NCBI RefSeq assembly: GCF_000315625.1
Contig: NW_005434537.1
Coordinates: 94,872 to 158,871 of the forward strand
DNA length: 64,000 nucleotides
From: Guillardia theta CCMP2712
Taxonomy: Eukaryota; Protista; Cryptophyta
Reading direction: 5' to 3'
In this document: piece by piece, positions 8,758-18,798 of the stretch
How positions within the stretch are numbered: the first letter of the stretch is position 1
Layout: every line of letters starts with the position of its first letter
Notes under the pieces: model-generated
Seen by the model: only the letters and a program-made list of their open reading frames with translations
What the model was told of the DNA's origin: nothing
Databases searched by the model: none
Translations under genes and position numbers: made by a program

Positions 8758-11463
8758 GTGATTCGCGGCGTTCCCGCAGAAGAATTTCTGCGGCTGGTCG
8801 AAGGTGCGTCGCCTTTCCTCCTCGCCAAGACACGGAGCCCCGACATGGTGGTGAGCGGGGCAAACTACACGGACGGGAAGAAGAAGCGCATGGGCCTGAC
8901 CCTAGCACTGAAGAATGACCAGCGGGTGGACCCCGAGGACACGGTGCCGCTGTGCGAGTATGGGAAGTTGATCTTCGTGAGCGAGGACTGCCACACGCTC
9001 ATCCAGAACACGGGCCAGGCCAAGACGTTCCTTAGGGAGGCCTGCTCCAAGAAGTCGGATGCGGACGGCGGGGCGAAGACGGGTGAGAACTACAACAAGA
9101 AGCTCATGCTTATGGAGGAGCCAAGGATCATGCTCATCGCCACAAACCGCAAGGAGACTGAGATGGGTGACGTCTTTTCGCTCGCGGCGCGGCTCAGGTT
9201 CTTCGAGTCGGCGGCGGAGGACACGTGCGTACCCCTGAGGACGAGCGAGCAGGAGAACCACACGCGGGCCAGGCTTGGCAGCGACGCCGTCACCGCCGTG
9301 TCCACCACCTCCGCGCGCTTCTCCCTCGCCCACGACCTTGGGCACCTGCTGGCCCGGGCCGACGGAAGGGGCAAGGAGTCGGTGGACCTGAACCTGACCC
9401 GGTCGAGGCAGAACGCCCTGCTCATCGTGGTTCAGCACGCCTGCACCGCCATCGCACAGCTCTTCACGCTGAGTGGGTTCCGTCTTTACTGCAACGAGAA
9501 CAATTGCGTCTCCCGCATGGTGCAGAAGGAGGTCAATGCCGTCCTTTTTAGAATTTTGGAGCCCCTCTTGAGCTCGGATGTGAACGAGGAGGACCGCTTC
9601 GTCAGGAAGCAGGAGGGGCTTATGCTCTCTCTAGCCGTTCCGATGCACATCCAGGCCATCGTGCTGCGGAAGCTGCTGGCACAGACAATGCGGGGCGCGA
9701 CACCGGACCTCGACACCCTGGTGCGCGACAGCATCATGGAGCTGATCTTCTCCGACCTCTCTCTGCACTGCATGGTGTCCGCCTACGTCTCCAACGTGAC
9801 CTACGACTCTTTCATGTACGTGATGATGCGCTGCTGCATCCGCAAGCTGGAGCTGCCGACGGGCTACACCCTCCCGCTCCTCGTCCGCCTGGTGGAGGCG
9901 GGCTCGATCGAGGGGATGGAGGGGGCGACGGCGCAGGAGGTGGCGGCGCTCACGGCGCTCAGGGTGTGGGTGCAGCACCGCATGAAGTTCCTGGTCCAGA
10001 CCAAAGATTTGTACAGCACTAAGCCGAGGGAGGTGGACAGCCTTATGGATAGCTACCTAGGGATAAGGGAGCACTGGACGAGCGCGGAGGGGCGCTCCAA
10101 CTTCATCGCGGACGCGGGATTCTTCGCCAGTGGCCAGATGGAGGACGCGGAGGGGGAAGAGGCGGGGAAGAACATATGGAAGACGATCCAGGGCCTGCTC
10201 TTGGGGCTGCCGGAGGTGCAGAATGCCTTCTCTAGCTTCCGCCTGCGGAGGGAGATGCTGAGCCCCGAGCTGCTTCAGATGCTCTTCGGTGCCAAGCGGC
10301 TGAACCGTGCCTGCATGGACACCATCTTCGGGAGGGAGGGCTTCAAGTTCGTCGAGCTGCTGCAGGCGCTCGGGGTGCCCGCCGAGCTCGTGCCCGCGGG
10401 GTGGAAGAAGATGAGCCTGCACTCGGCGCTCAGGGACGAGGGCAACCGCAACTCCAACATCTTCAACCTCGTCTACGTCGGGAGGACCTCCTGCGTGCTG
10501 GCAGTCAACGTGATCGCGCTGGTGCTGCTCGCCCCCCTCTTCCAGACGGAGAACCTGAACATCCTCCACCAGCTGCAGCAGAAGCACACCACCTGCAAGG
10601 CCGTGGAGTTTGCCATCACGCGGAAGGTGCCCAGGGCTTACTGGCCCCGCGGCGCGCTCCCCGTGCTGCAGGTCGACCACCTCGGCAAGTGGATCAGCTT
10701 CCGCCTGCCCGACGAGGAGGCGCTGCCGCCGCACCGCTGGCTCTTCCCTCGCATCCACGACATCGAGTGGCATGGCGCGCAGCCAAGGATGAAGGGCAAC
10801 GCCTCCAGCATCACGCCCTTCTTCGAGGAGGAGACAGCAATATGCGGGAACATGGTCGGCATGGCAAAGCGGATGCGGGAGGGCATGGAGCTCACCGACG
10901 ACCCCATCCCCTTCTTCGACTACCTGCAGATGATCGACAACTTCCGCACCGAGGGCCCGGAGTTTTTGATGCCGCTGGATTACGACGCCTTCAACCTCTA
11001 CGTCCTGGTGACCCCCGAAGGGCAGTACGTCCTCTGCAAGATCATAGACGACGGAGCACCGCAGGTCGACATCTACCTCTTCAACGTGAACCAGGACTTC
11101 CACATGGAGAGAGAGGATGTCATCCGCATCCCGCTGTCAAACATGCACACCGCGCTCATGCGGCTGCGCGCCTACCCCTACCCCCGAATCTTCTGCCGCC
11201 GTCTGGTGTTCGCTGGGAGGCAATACCGCGACAAGTACGAGGGCCTGGAGGGCAGGGAGTCCATCGCCTCCTTCGGCGTCGTCCTCGCCCCGCCCGGGGA
11301 GATGATCCTGGACTACGACGGAACCTACACCGTGGAGCTCTACGATCTTGAGCGCGACGAGCCCTTCACGGCCGTGAAGGGCTCATACAGAGAGAAGTCA
11401 ACAACGGCATCCGGGAGCGTGGTTGGATTGGATCGTATGATCAACATGCCGATTCCAAATTGA
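8758..11463 (+). CDS. Large protein with a probable degenerate AAA+/SF3-helicase-like module; 3' end truncated near 11371
   Basis: GKLIFVSED (Walker B-like), RIMLIATN (sensor-1-like), SLAARL (Arg-finger-like). VVIRGVPA-EEFLRL resembles a Walker A lacking GKS/T. Coding-like bias ends at the palindrome at 11359-11384. Confidence 0.45.
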   Translation: MIRGVPAEEFLRLVEGASPFLLAKTRSPDMVVSGANYTDGKKKRMGLTLALKNDQRVDPEDTVPLCEYGKLIFVSEDCHTLIQNTGQAKTFLREACSKKSDADGGAKTGENYNKKLMLMEEPRIMLIATNRKETEMGDVFSLAARLRFFESAAEDTCVPLRTSEQENHTRARLGSDAVTAVSTTSARFSLAHDLGHLLARADGRGKESVDLNLTRSRQNALLIVVQHACTAIAQLFTLSGFRLYCNENNCVSRMVQKEVNAVLFRILEPLLSSDVNEEDRFVRKQEGLMLSLAVPMHIQAIVLRKLLAQTMRGATPDLDTLVRDSIMELIFSDLSLHCMVSAYVSNVTYDSFMYVMMRCCIRKLELPTGYTLPLLVRLVEAGSIEGMEGATAQEVAALTALRVWVQHRMKFLVQTKDLYSTKPREVDSLMDSYLGIREHWTSAEGRSNFIADAGFFASGQMEDAEGEEAGKNIWKTIQGLLLGLPEVQNAFSSFRLRREMLSPELLQMLFGAKRLNRACMDTIFGREGFKFVELLQALGVPAELVPAGWKKMSLHSALRDEGNRNSNIFNLVYVGRTSCVLAVNVIALVLLAPLFQTENLNILHQLQQKHTTCKAVEFAITRKVPRAYWPRGALPVLQVDHLGKWISFRLPDEEALPPHRWLFPRIHDIEWHGAQPRMKGNASSITPFFEEETAICGNMVGMAKRMREGMELTDDPIPFFDYLQMIDNFRTEGPEFLMPLDYDAFNLYVLVTPEGQYVLCKIIDDGAPQVDIYLFNVNQDFHMEREDVIRIPLSNMHTALMRLRAYPYPRIFCRRLVFAGRQYRDKYEGLEGRESIASFGVVLAPPGEMILDYDGTYTVELYDLERDEPFTAVKGSYREKSTTASGSVVGLDRMINMPIPN

Positions 11464-12908
11464 TACGTGTTCATTGCATTGTTGTTGTTTGCGAGCGTGC
11501 CGACGTAAAGCTCTATTGCCGTCTGTAAGATCTCGATTGTCAGTATGCTGTTCGCCCTGTCCGCATCGTTAGCATAATAAGACTTTATCCCATGTTGTTC
11601 GTCGTATAGTTCCATAAAGGTCCTGTTTGGCATTGCATCGATCAACTCCTTGGCAGTCATCGTGGTGGAGTAAGAGCTTGGAAGCCCGTATATGGATGTG
11701 TAGTAATCCACTTGCATGTCATAGATACAGTTCACTGTGGAAGTGGTCTGGATGCAAGGGTTTAGGCGGTCCCCTGGCTGTGCCCCATTTGGCTTGGTAA
11801 AGTAAATTGCCTGGATGTAGTCATTGTTGGTGGGGTCGTCGTAGTGCTTGACCTTGGAGGTCCAGGTCTGGGTCTGGTTGGAATAGGTAAGGCCAACAAT
11901 GACCTGAAGGCTGGGCGATGCCTGCTTGAGGACGTTGAGGGCCTCGCCTTCACCGGGAACGACGAGAGAGGTAGTGGAAGACAGCACATTGATCTGGAGT
12001 AGCTGCCTTGCGTTGACCTGTTGTGCAAAGAGGTTGGAGTTGAGTGTTGAAGTGAGCAGTTGCATCTGATCCCATGACTGTGATTGTAATGCCACCAATA
12101 CATAGGTTGAGTTAGCTGCAGATCCGTCCGACTGGGACACGAGATCAAGCAATCTCCTGCGCAGTATTCCCTGTGATACGATGCTTCTCTCGAACTGTGT
12201 GAATGATCTCCAAAAGTCCAGCATCTCCTTAGTTTGGATCTTCTTGTACTCCGAGAGGCGTTGTAGCTCTTGAGCGATGGGGTTCTGTTCATTGTAGTAT
12301 TGAGCTCCATTGGATTCACCCGCAAAGCTGTAGTTTGATTCATTGAATGCCTGTGGATTGTAGTAGACGACACCACTGGGGTTGGCGTTGGGGTCGTAGC
12401 TAGATAGGGTCTCAATGTATTGTAATGAATCAACCGTGATACTTCCGTTTGGTTGAGGACTTGGTTCAGCGGATACATACACATCTTGACTGATGTTTGT
12501 GATGTTTGTAGTGAATCCGAGCCCTTGTAAGAGCTGGGTTGTGTTTTCATAGGTTGCATTGCTCGTATTGCTTTCGAGCCATTGAAGCAATCTCCTCCCA
12601 ACGGGTGTTGAGTTGAACTTGCTAATAATGGTAAGATCATCAAACAGAGCATCAGAATTTTTAAAAATAGATACGAAGGTCTGGATAACATAATCCATCG
12701 CCTTGGACGTCTGGGACTGCAGATATTGATTGACTTCGGTCTGAATGTAATCCTTGATGTCCGTCCCATTGAGCTTCGACTCTGCAACAACAAGGCTGTC
12801 TGGTGGGATGGAGATGGTTGCAACCGTAAAGTACTTCGTATCATATATGCCCGCGTGAATGATGGAAACATAAGACAACAGGAGTATGAGTTTCAATGCG
12901 CTGTTCAT
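11340..12908 (-). CDS. Secreted/surface glycoprotein fragment with repeated RRLL motifs; 3' end truncated near 11372
   Basis: Signal peptide, S/T/N-rich, GRRLLQ, RRRLLD and RQLLQ motifs. Runs head-on into the opposite ORF at a palindrome. Confidence 0.65.
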   Translation of the reverse strand: MNSALKLILLLSYVSIIHAGIYDTKYFTVATISIPPDSLVVAESKLNGTDIKDYIQTEVNQYLQSQTSKAMDYVIQTFVSIFKNSDALFDDLTIISKFNSTPVGRRLLQWLESNTSNATYENTTQLLQGLGFTTNITNISQDVYVSAEPSPQPNGSITVDSLQYIETLSSYDPNANPSGVVYYNPQAFNESNYSFAGESNGAQYYNEQNPIAQELQRLSEYKKIQTKEMLDFWRSFTQFERSIVSQGILRRRLLDLVSQSDGSAANSTYVLVALQSQSWDQMQLLTSTLNSNLFAQQVNARQLLQINVLSSTTSLVVPGEGEALNVLKQASPSLQVIVGLTYSNQTQTWTSKVKHYDDPTNNDYIQAIYFTKPNGAQPGDRLNPCIQTTSTVNCIYDMQVDYYTSIYGLPSSYSTTMTAKELIDAMPNRTFMELYDEQHGIKSYYANDADRANSILTIEILQTAIELYVGTLANNNNAMNTYQFGIGMLIIRSNPTTLPDAVVDFSLYEPFTAVKGSSRSRS

Positions 12909-13050
12909 GCAAGGGTGATGTCGGGCGTAGTTTGGTTCGGTTTGATTTTTGGCTTGATTTGAGTGGGTCAGTCACCAAAAATAACACCTCGATTAGGTTT
13001 GGATGTAATTTTATAGTTCTACATTTGTTTTCAACCTTTTATATAGGATT

Positions 13051-13914
13051 TCAATATACCGTACTGTAAAGCCATGCCTCCAAAGATAGCACCAACGCCT
13101 TCAACAATGCCGCAGCGACAAGAAGCACCGTAGGACCGCCCAAGAGTGCCAATCCAGCACCCAGAGACGATGCAACGGCGAACGAGACCACGAAACCACT
13201 CAATCGGTAATCCGATGGTATGGTTCCTAAAAGGCCTAGGATCATCAGGCTCCTTGGCCAGAAGTGTGTGTAATCGTCCGAATTGAACCAGCCAAGCATC
13301 AGCGGTATCTTGCTAGTTGTGTCCCTTATCCATGCTCGATCAAGCACCAACAATACTATGATAAGGAATACGTCCAACTCTGCGTGCTTTGTGTAGGACT
13401 GCCTGATATCACGGTAGGAGACAATAGCGAGCGCGATACAGTTCATCACAATAGAGCCGATCTCGTAGTTATACCTCGTGTCTACTGCGAGCGTATCTTC
13501 AGTCATCAATGATTGGTTGTATGTGTTTATGTTGAACACAAGGAATAGTAAGAAGAGCCATGTCTTGTAATTATCCATAGGTTTAAGCGCAAAATGGAGA
13601 AACAGTATCAACAGCCCCGTCCCAACCGCGTTGTCAGTGTACCCAATGGATAGGATGACCGCGCATGGTATAATCATCTGGCTCACGCTGTAGAGATTGT
13701 CTAACCATGGGATGCATCTCCTCCCATTGTATAAAGGTATTGGGTATGCAATCGATGTAAGGTATGCAATCGTCACGGATACATTGTATGCAACGAGGGC
13801 GGGTATCTGGAGCTCGCTACTCGTTATGAAGCTTTGGTAGGATGCCAGTATATAGATGGGCAGTATAGAGATTCGGGTATGAGATGTTCCCATATCTTGT
13901 GGTTCTTTATGCAT
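13051..13914 (-). CDS. Multi-pass membrane protein, possibly a degenerate heliorhodopsin-like protein
   Basis: PWLDNLYSVSQMIIPCAVILSIGYTD resembles heliorhodopsin TM3 RWIEYALSSSSMIIVICLYTGTTD; no SxxxK motif seen. Confidence 0.5.
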   Translation of the reverse strand: MHKEPQDMGTSHTRISILPIYILASYQSFITSSELQIPALVAYNVSVTIAYLTSIAYPIPLYNGRRCIPWLDNLYSVSQMIIPCAVILSIGYTDNAVGTGLLILFLHFALKPMDNYKTWLFLLFLVFNINTYNQSLMTEDTLAVDTRYNYEIGSIVMNCIALAIVSYRDIRQSYTKHAELDVFLIIVLLVLDRAWIRDTTSKIPLMLGWFNSDDYTHFWPRSLMILGLLGTIPSDYRLSGFVVSFAVASSLGAGLALLGGPTVLLVAAALLKALVLSLEAWLYSTVY

Positions 13915-14038
13915 TTGCTTTCCTTTGGATTATTTCATGTAATGCCGATGATTTTTTTAATACTCAGGATGGTGGAGATTGATGTTTGGTGACTGATATT
14001 AAAGACATTTTATATTGACATGATGCAAAGATTGGGAC

Positions 14039-14401
14039 ATGTACACTCCATACAGGATCAAACACAACATATTGCAGACAAATAACATGCGCCTGGGAAA
14101 CCATTCGGAAGAGATTCCAGAGGCCCAGATAGTCAATCCGTCCGAAAAGGACATCGAAGAACTCAGGCACGAGGTTGAAGGTTCTCAGCCCCTCAACCCT
14201 GTCAAATGCTTCTCCGTCTTGACTGGCATACCCAGTTACATCATGGATTACTTCAAGAAGACAGACCCTTCTTCTATCAAGACAGAGGGCGATGTGCGGG
14301 CGGAGGAGGCCAGGTTGCAGAGAGATATACTTGCCTGGATGTTTATAGGTGCCGCCTTCTTCGCCATATGGGTCATTGTAGTGCAGAAAAAGGGGTTGTA
14401 G
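14039..14401 (+). CDS. Small tail-anchored membrane protein
   Basis: C-terminal TM (ILAWMFIGAAFFAIWVIVV) followed by KK; TATTAAA upstream. Confidence 0.55.
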   Translation: MYTPYRIKHNILQTNNMRLGNHSEEIPEAQIVNPSEKDIEELRHEVEGSQPLNPVKCFSVLTGIPSYIMDYFKKTDPSSIKTEGDVRAEEARLQRDILAWMFIGAAFFAIWVIVVQKKGL

Positions 14402-14456
14402 GTGGTAAAGGATATTTTAAAACTCAATAAATGATCGGGGCAAAGACATTTAAACG

Positions 14457-15800
14457 GTGACAATACAACACAAATTCATCCAAATCTGCGTAATGGGTAT
14501 AAACGCGAGCCTGATCGGAACGATGGTAGCCAGAGATACGATGAGGAGCGAGAGGCTAGAGAGCCGAGAGATGAAGAGGAGATGCAATAAAAGGCACACG
14601 AGAGATTCTGCACAAGCAATGCATCAGATAAATCCCGACCTAGAAGACATGGATTCGGAAGAGACGAACGGTGGAAAGAACCTTCAGACAAACTGGTTTA
14701 GTCTAAGGAAGGGTTTCATATGCCCTATGACATTGGAGTTTGTGGACAAGGGGATGGAAGAATGTCCAATACTTCTGGAACGTTTTCAAGAATGCAAGCT
14801 TGAATTCAATGAGGGCTTGAAGTATGAGATGAAAGATTCGAATGGAGATATGAAGGTCTTCAACAAGGCAACCATCGATGGTTGCAAACACTCATTCTTT
14901 CCACTTGCACTGGCGATGCATTGGATGATCCACGGGATGAGATGCCCGTTGTGCAAGTTTGGGGATGACAGGAAGCTCTCTGTGTCCTGCCTTCCATTCC
15001 ACTGTGCCCACAGGATGAAGAATCAAGTCAGGAAGATCAGGAACGAGATCGACGAAGAAGTCTTCGAGTCGGATCTTCAACTCGTACAGAACATTAGATT
15101 CGAGGACGATATGAACCTCCTGGGCAACATTTCGGGTGAGCACTTCCCTACCGCTATCATGCTCGATGTCATTCCATTGCAGAATTGGGATATCATCAAT
15201 GAGCATATGCAACTATATGTCACCCTTCACTATGAAAGTGATTTGATATCACAGGAGCGCGTATTGGCAACACTTGGTACACTAGGAGTTACCAGTCAAT
15301 GGAGGCTCGAACGTTCATCAGAGGAGTCGACGACGTTCACGGTACAAGGTTGTTTATCTTTATGCGAAGATACTTTGATAATCGACGACCCTACATTTGG
15401 ATTTATGAACGTTCCTCGTTCCCAGTGCCGCTTGATGTCCAAGATCAATCAAACGACCAAACCTTCTTACATCAGTTGCAGTCTGGTCTATCAAGATCCG
15501 ATGATCACATTGAACGTCTGTAAATCGAACGATATCCCAGCCAAGTGCCCTGACAATGGCACATTGTTCTCCAGCTCGCAACTGATCATGGAAGAGAACG
15601 ATGAGGCCGTATGCTGTGGATATCTAGAGACACAATGGATGCCGCTGGAGCTCTGCAACCCATCCACTTTCGGTTATGGCATATTCTATCAAAGGGTTAT
15701 TGTGGACAAACAGGCATTCATTACAAGAGTGACAAGGAGTAAGATCATACTGTATCTAGTTGAAAACGAGATGCTCATGAACGATAACCAGTTCTATTAG
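14457..15800 (+). CDS. RING/U-box-like zinc-finger protein
   Basis: CPMTLE ... CKHSF ... RCPLCK pattern; a homologous fragment lies at 60708-61398. Confidence 0.6.
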   Translation: MTIQHKFIQICVMGINASLIGTMVARDTMRSERLESREMKRRCNKRHTRDSAQAMHQINPDLEDMDSEETNGGKNLQTNWFSLRKGFICPMTLEFVDKGMEECPILLERFQECKLEFNEGLKYEMKDSNGDMKVFNKATIDGCKHSFFPLALAMHWMIHGMRCPLCKFGDDRKLSVSCLPFHCAHRMKNQVRKIRNEIDEEVFESDLQLVQNIRFEDDMNLLGNISGEHFPTAIMLDVIPLQNWDIINEHMQLYVTLHYESDLISQERVLATLGTLGVTSQWRLERSSEESTTFTVQGCLSLCEDTLIIDDPTFGFMNVPRSQCRLMSKINQTTKPSYISCSLVYQDPMITLNVCKSNDIPAKCPDNGTLFSSSQLIMEENDEAVCCGYLETQWMPLELCNPSTFGYGIFYQRVIVDKQAFITRVTRSKIILYLVENEMLMNDNQFY

Positions 15801-15843
15801 TGTATTTATTTCAATACATTCAGATAATTATTAAACAATAGTG

Positions 15844-16530
15844 ATGCAGTCATCGAAGAACATGTTCTCTCTGCAATCGCTCTGGCAGCAGTGCATAGAC
15901 GCTGTAGAATTGCTCAGGAGATCCAGCGAAGCAGAGACGGGTGTCTTGAACGAGATAAAGCTAGAGACTGAGTTAGAGAGGAGATTAAGACTGCTCCATG
16001 AGCGCGAGAGGAGGGTTGAGTCGGGTGTAAAGGACATGGACGGCTTCAAAAGGATGCAGAGATGCAGGGATGCGCTATCGACGCTGGATAGGAAGGGTTG
16101 GCCAAGGTCATTCCATCAGAAGGAGTTCCATGACGACTTTCTAAGAGCTTGTGCAAGATTGTTTTGGAAGACGGAGCCCAAGGGACAATTCAACAGGGAC
16201 CATCAAAAGATATTGGAGCTCAATGGATGGGATCATCTTGCACAGGAGATCCTTGTAAGCACGCCGAGAAGGTTTGGAAAAACAATATCTGTCAGCATGT
16301 TTGCGGCTGCTATCATATTCTCGGCCCCGTCCATTGAAGTATCCATTTATTCCACGTGTAAGCGCATCTCACAGAAGCTGTTGAACAATATCCGGAAGTT
16401 CCTCCACCTAATCTACGAAGGGATGGACGCAGAACCCTTCAAGGTGATCCGCTCCAACATGGAGGAGATCGTTCTCAAAGGAGACAATGGAAGCCAGGAC
16501 GTCAGACTCGTCAATTCTTATCCATCCAAG
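15844..16530 (+). CDS. Terminase large subunit, N-terminal ATPase exon (herpesvirus UL15 exon-1-like)
   Basis: Q motif SFHQKEF and Walker A ILVSTPRRFGKT. Similarity ends at NSYPSK, immediately followed by an AAG|GTAATG donor at 16531. Walker B and the nuclease domain are absent. Confidence 0.85.
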
Positions 16531-16582
16531 GTAATGCAGTGTGGTAGTTTAGGTTTTATTTACACACTAACAAAATGCTAAC

Positions 16583-18682
16583 CTAATGCAGACAGAACTT
16601 GGTATTGACAGGAAGAGAATGGTTCTCAATCTCTTTCAAATCCATCCTTGGGACTACTTGTACTGCAATCAACTTGTTTCCTATCGTGCAAGTAAATCGG
16701 GTTGTCGGTTCCTCCTTCACCCAGGCATCCAACTTCTTCGCCTCGCTCTGCTTCTGTGTACCATACACAAGTGGGATGGTGGGCAATGAGATGGGGTAGA
16801 TAGATGACTTCAGCGGTGGGCTGACGTTCTTTTGAAAGACCTTGATGTAGGGGAGGATGGGAGGTGTTGCATACGTGGAGATGAGATTGAACTCGTCCAT
16901 CTCTTCCTTGGATTGATTGATCTTTATGGCCTTGACACGCTCAGCCATCCCTGGCTTAATGAGCTCTGATACGGGTATGCCAACCGTCTTTGTGTCGGGT
17001 AACATCAACATCTTATCACCAAGAATGCCCCCGATATGCCAAAAGACCCCATCAAGGTCCTTCATGTGCAGCCATACCTTGGATCTGCCAATGTCCGGGG
17101 CACAGTCATTGCAAAGCTGGGAATAGAATAGATCTTCAGTGACCAGATCATCCGATGCCTTGTTCTTCATAGCAAGCTCCTTCATCATCTTCTTCATCTC
17201 GATCACCTTGTTGTAAGAACGTTTCATCTTGTTCAGATCCGCATCCGGGACCCCGTGCGTAGATGCTTTCCCCGATTGTAACGAGAGCATGTAGACGGGC
17301 GCAGTCATCTCGGCCAGGTAAAGATTGCCTTTATGGCTCGTCATGGCAGCGCAATGCCCGCAGATTTCATACCCCACCCCGTCACCATTGGAGATACTCG
17401 ACTTCTCCACGTTCGGGGCCTTTGCGCTCATGAGAAGCAGCTGGATACTAGAATCCTTGATGTGACTGTAGAGCTGCTTGCACTGGACCAACCCTTTCCG
17501 GATGTCCTCTAGAGACCAATCCTGCATGATCGAGTATGATTTGATGGTCCCGGCCAGCTTCTCGTGATCACACGCCTTGGAAATACGGCTGGCGCTCTGA
17601 CAGAAGCGATGCGCCATGCCAAAGCAGATCTTGAGTATGCTGGCATCGCCCTCGCAATCGTCATAGAAGATGCTGTCATGGTAGGACCTCTTGAAACCAG
17701 ACAAGCCAGCCCCGTCCACCTTCAAACCCCTCGAGATCAAAAGCCTTTTCAGGATCGCCGCGCTGTAGGCCTTGTCCTCATAGACATTGTCCGACATGGG
17801 TGTGCTTATGTCTTCACTCATCTCAAAGGATCCGGTGTTGGGATCCTTCTTGAGATCGGATGCATAGGTGATCGCAGTGGACACGTAACAAGGGAATGCG
17901 CGCATAAAGGAGTCTGCGGTATTTGCATCAATGACCTCATCGATCCCAACCCCACAGATCTTCAGGCATGACATGACCAGGCCGAACGAATCCGCTGGGC
18001 AGCCATAGTGATTCTTGATCTTGTTGTCCAATGCATTCTGTAAAAAGACCATGTTTAGGTCTACCGTGTTGTTCCAAATCGTAAGGCAATCACCAGAAAG
18101 CACACCCTCCCTGTGAAATTGGAACCCATTCTGTGTGATCATCTTGGAAGAATCATTGGCGATCTCGATCATTGCCGCATTCAAGCGATCGACCCTGACC
18201 TGATCCAGTGGTTTCAAGCTTGGTAATATAGATTGGATATATCTCGATGTCTGATTGTTCACACTCTTGTAAGTCGATGCAAGTTCTCTGGGGAGTGCGC
18301 ACGTTTCCAATATCAGTTTGACGTCTGGCTGTGCGCTGTCAAAGGACTCGGACATGACACCCGGCTTTGACTCGATCAAGTCAATGGCACCCAGGCGCCC
18401 AGTGGTGATGTGGATATCCTTGATATTCAGACCAAAGCAAAGGATGTTGCTGCCGCTCTTGATGTCCGGGCCACTGCACATCGCCATGAATTGGATATGC
18501 TGTAACTCCATCATGTTGCAATCCGACTCAAAGACAAATACATTGTCCTTGTCACTCACCCTCTTGCCTGAAAAGCTGCTGTATGCATTGTGCCATGCAA
18601 ATAGCTTCGATACCATGTTGCCCGGCCTGCTGTTCTGCATCACATAGGCCCTCACAGCAAACGCAAATTTATTTTCACTCAT
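16583..18682 (-). CDS. Putative transglutaminase-like cysteine protease domain protein
   Basis: DDCEGDA (GDCED-like Cys), ICGHCAA (His) and LAEMT (acidic residue) occur in triad order. Confidence 0.45.
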   Translation of the reverse strand: MSENKFAFAVRAYVMQNSRPGNMVSKLFAWHNAYSSFSGKRVSDKDNVFVFESDCNMMELQHIQFMAMCSGPDIKSGSNILCFGLNIKDIHITTGRLGAIDLIESKPGVMSESFDSAQPDVKLILETCALPRELASTYKSVNNQTSRYIQSILPSLKPLDQVRVDRLNAAMIEIANDSSKMITQNGFQFHREGVLSGDCLTIWNNTVDLNMVFLQNALDNKIKNHYGCPADSFGLVMSCLKICGVGIDEVIDANTADSFMRAFPCYVSTAITYASDLKKDPNTGSFEMSEDISTPMSDNVYEDKAYSAAILKRLLISRGLKVDGAGLSGFKRSYHDSIFYDDCEGDASILKICFGMAHRFCQSASRISKACDHEKLAGTIKSYSIMQDWSLEDIRKGLVQCKQLYSHIKDSSIQLLLMSAKAPNVEKSSISNGDGVGYEICGHCAAMTSHKGNLYLAEMTAPVYMLSLQSGKASTHGVPDADLNKMKRSYNKVIEMKKMMKELAMKNKASDDLVTEDLFYSQLCNDCAPDIGRSKVWLHMKDLDGVFWHIGGILGDKMLMLPDTKTVGIPVSELIKPGMAERVKAIKINQSKEEMDEFNLISTYATPPILPYIKVFQKNVSPPLKSSIYPISLPTIPLVYGTQKQSEAKKLDAWVKEEPTTRFTCTIGNKLIAVQVVPRMDLKEIENHSLPVNTKFCLH

Positions 18683-18798
18683 TATCTTATGAAATTATTC
18701 AATTTGTCCAATAATCTCGATAGTCTTACAATCTCCTTGTTCTTTTTCATGTACGAACAGGGCCATTCTGAAATAGGTTCATTGGTAAAAGCAAAATC

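Noticed and set aside
16592-16789. Local terminase exon 2
   Set aside because: In frame after a plausible acceptor, but it has no Walker B or nuclease motifs and overlaps an antisense gene.
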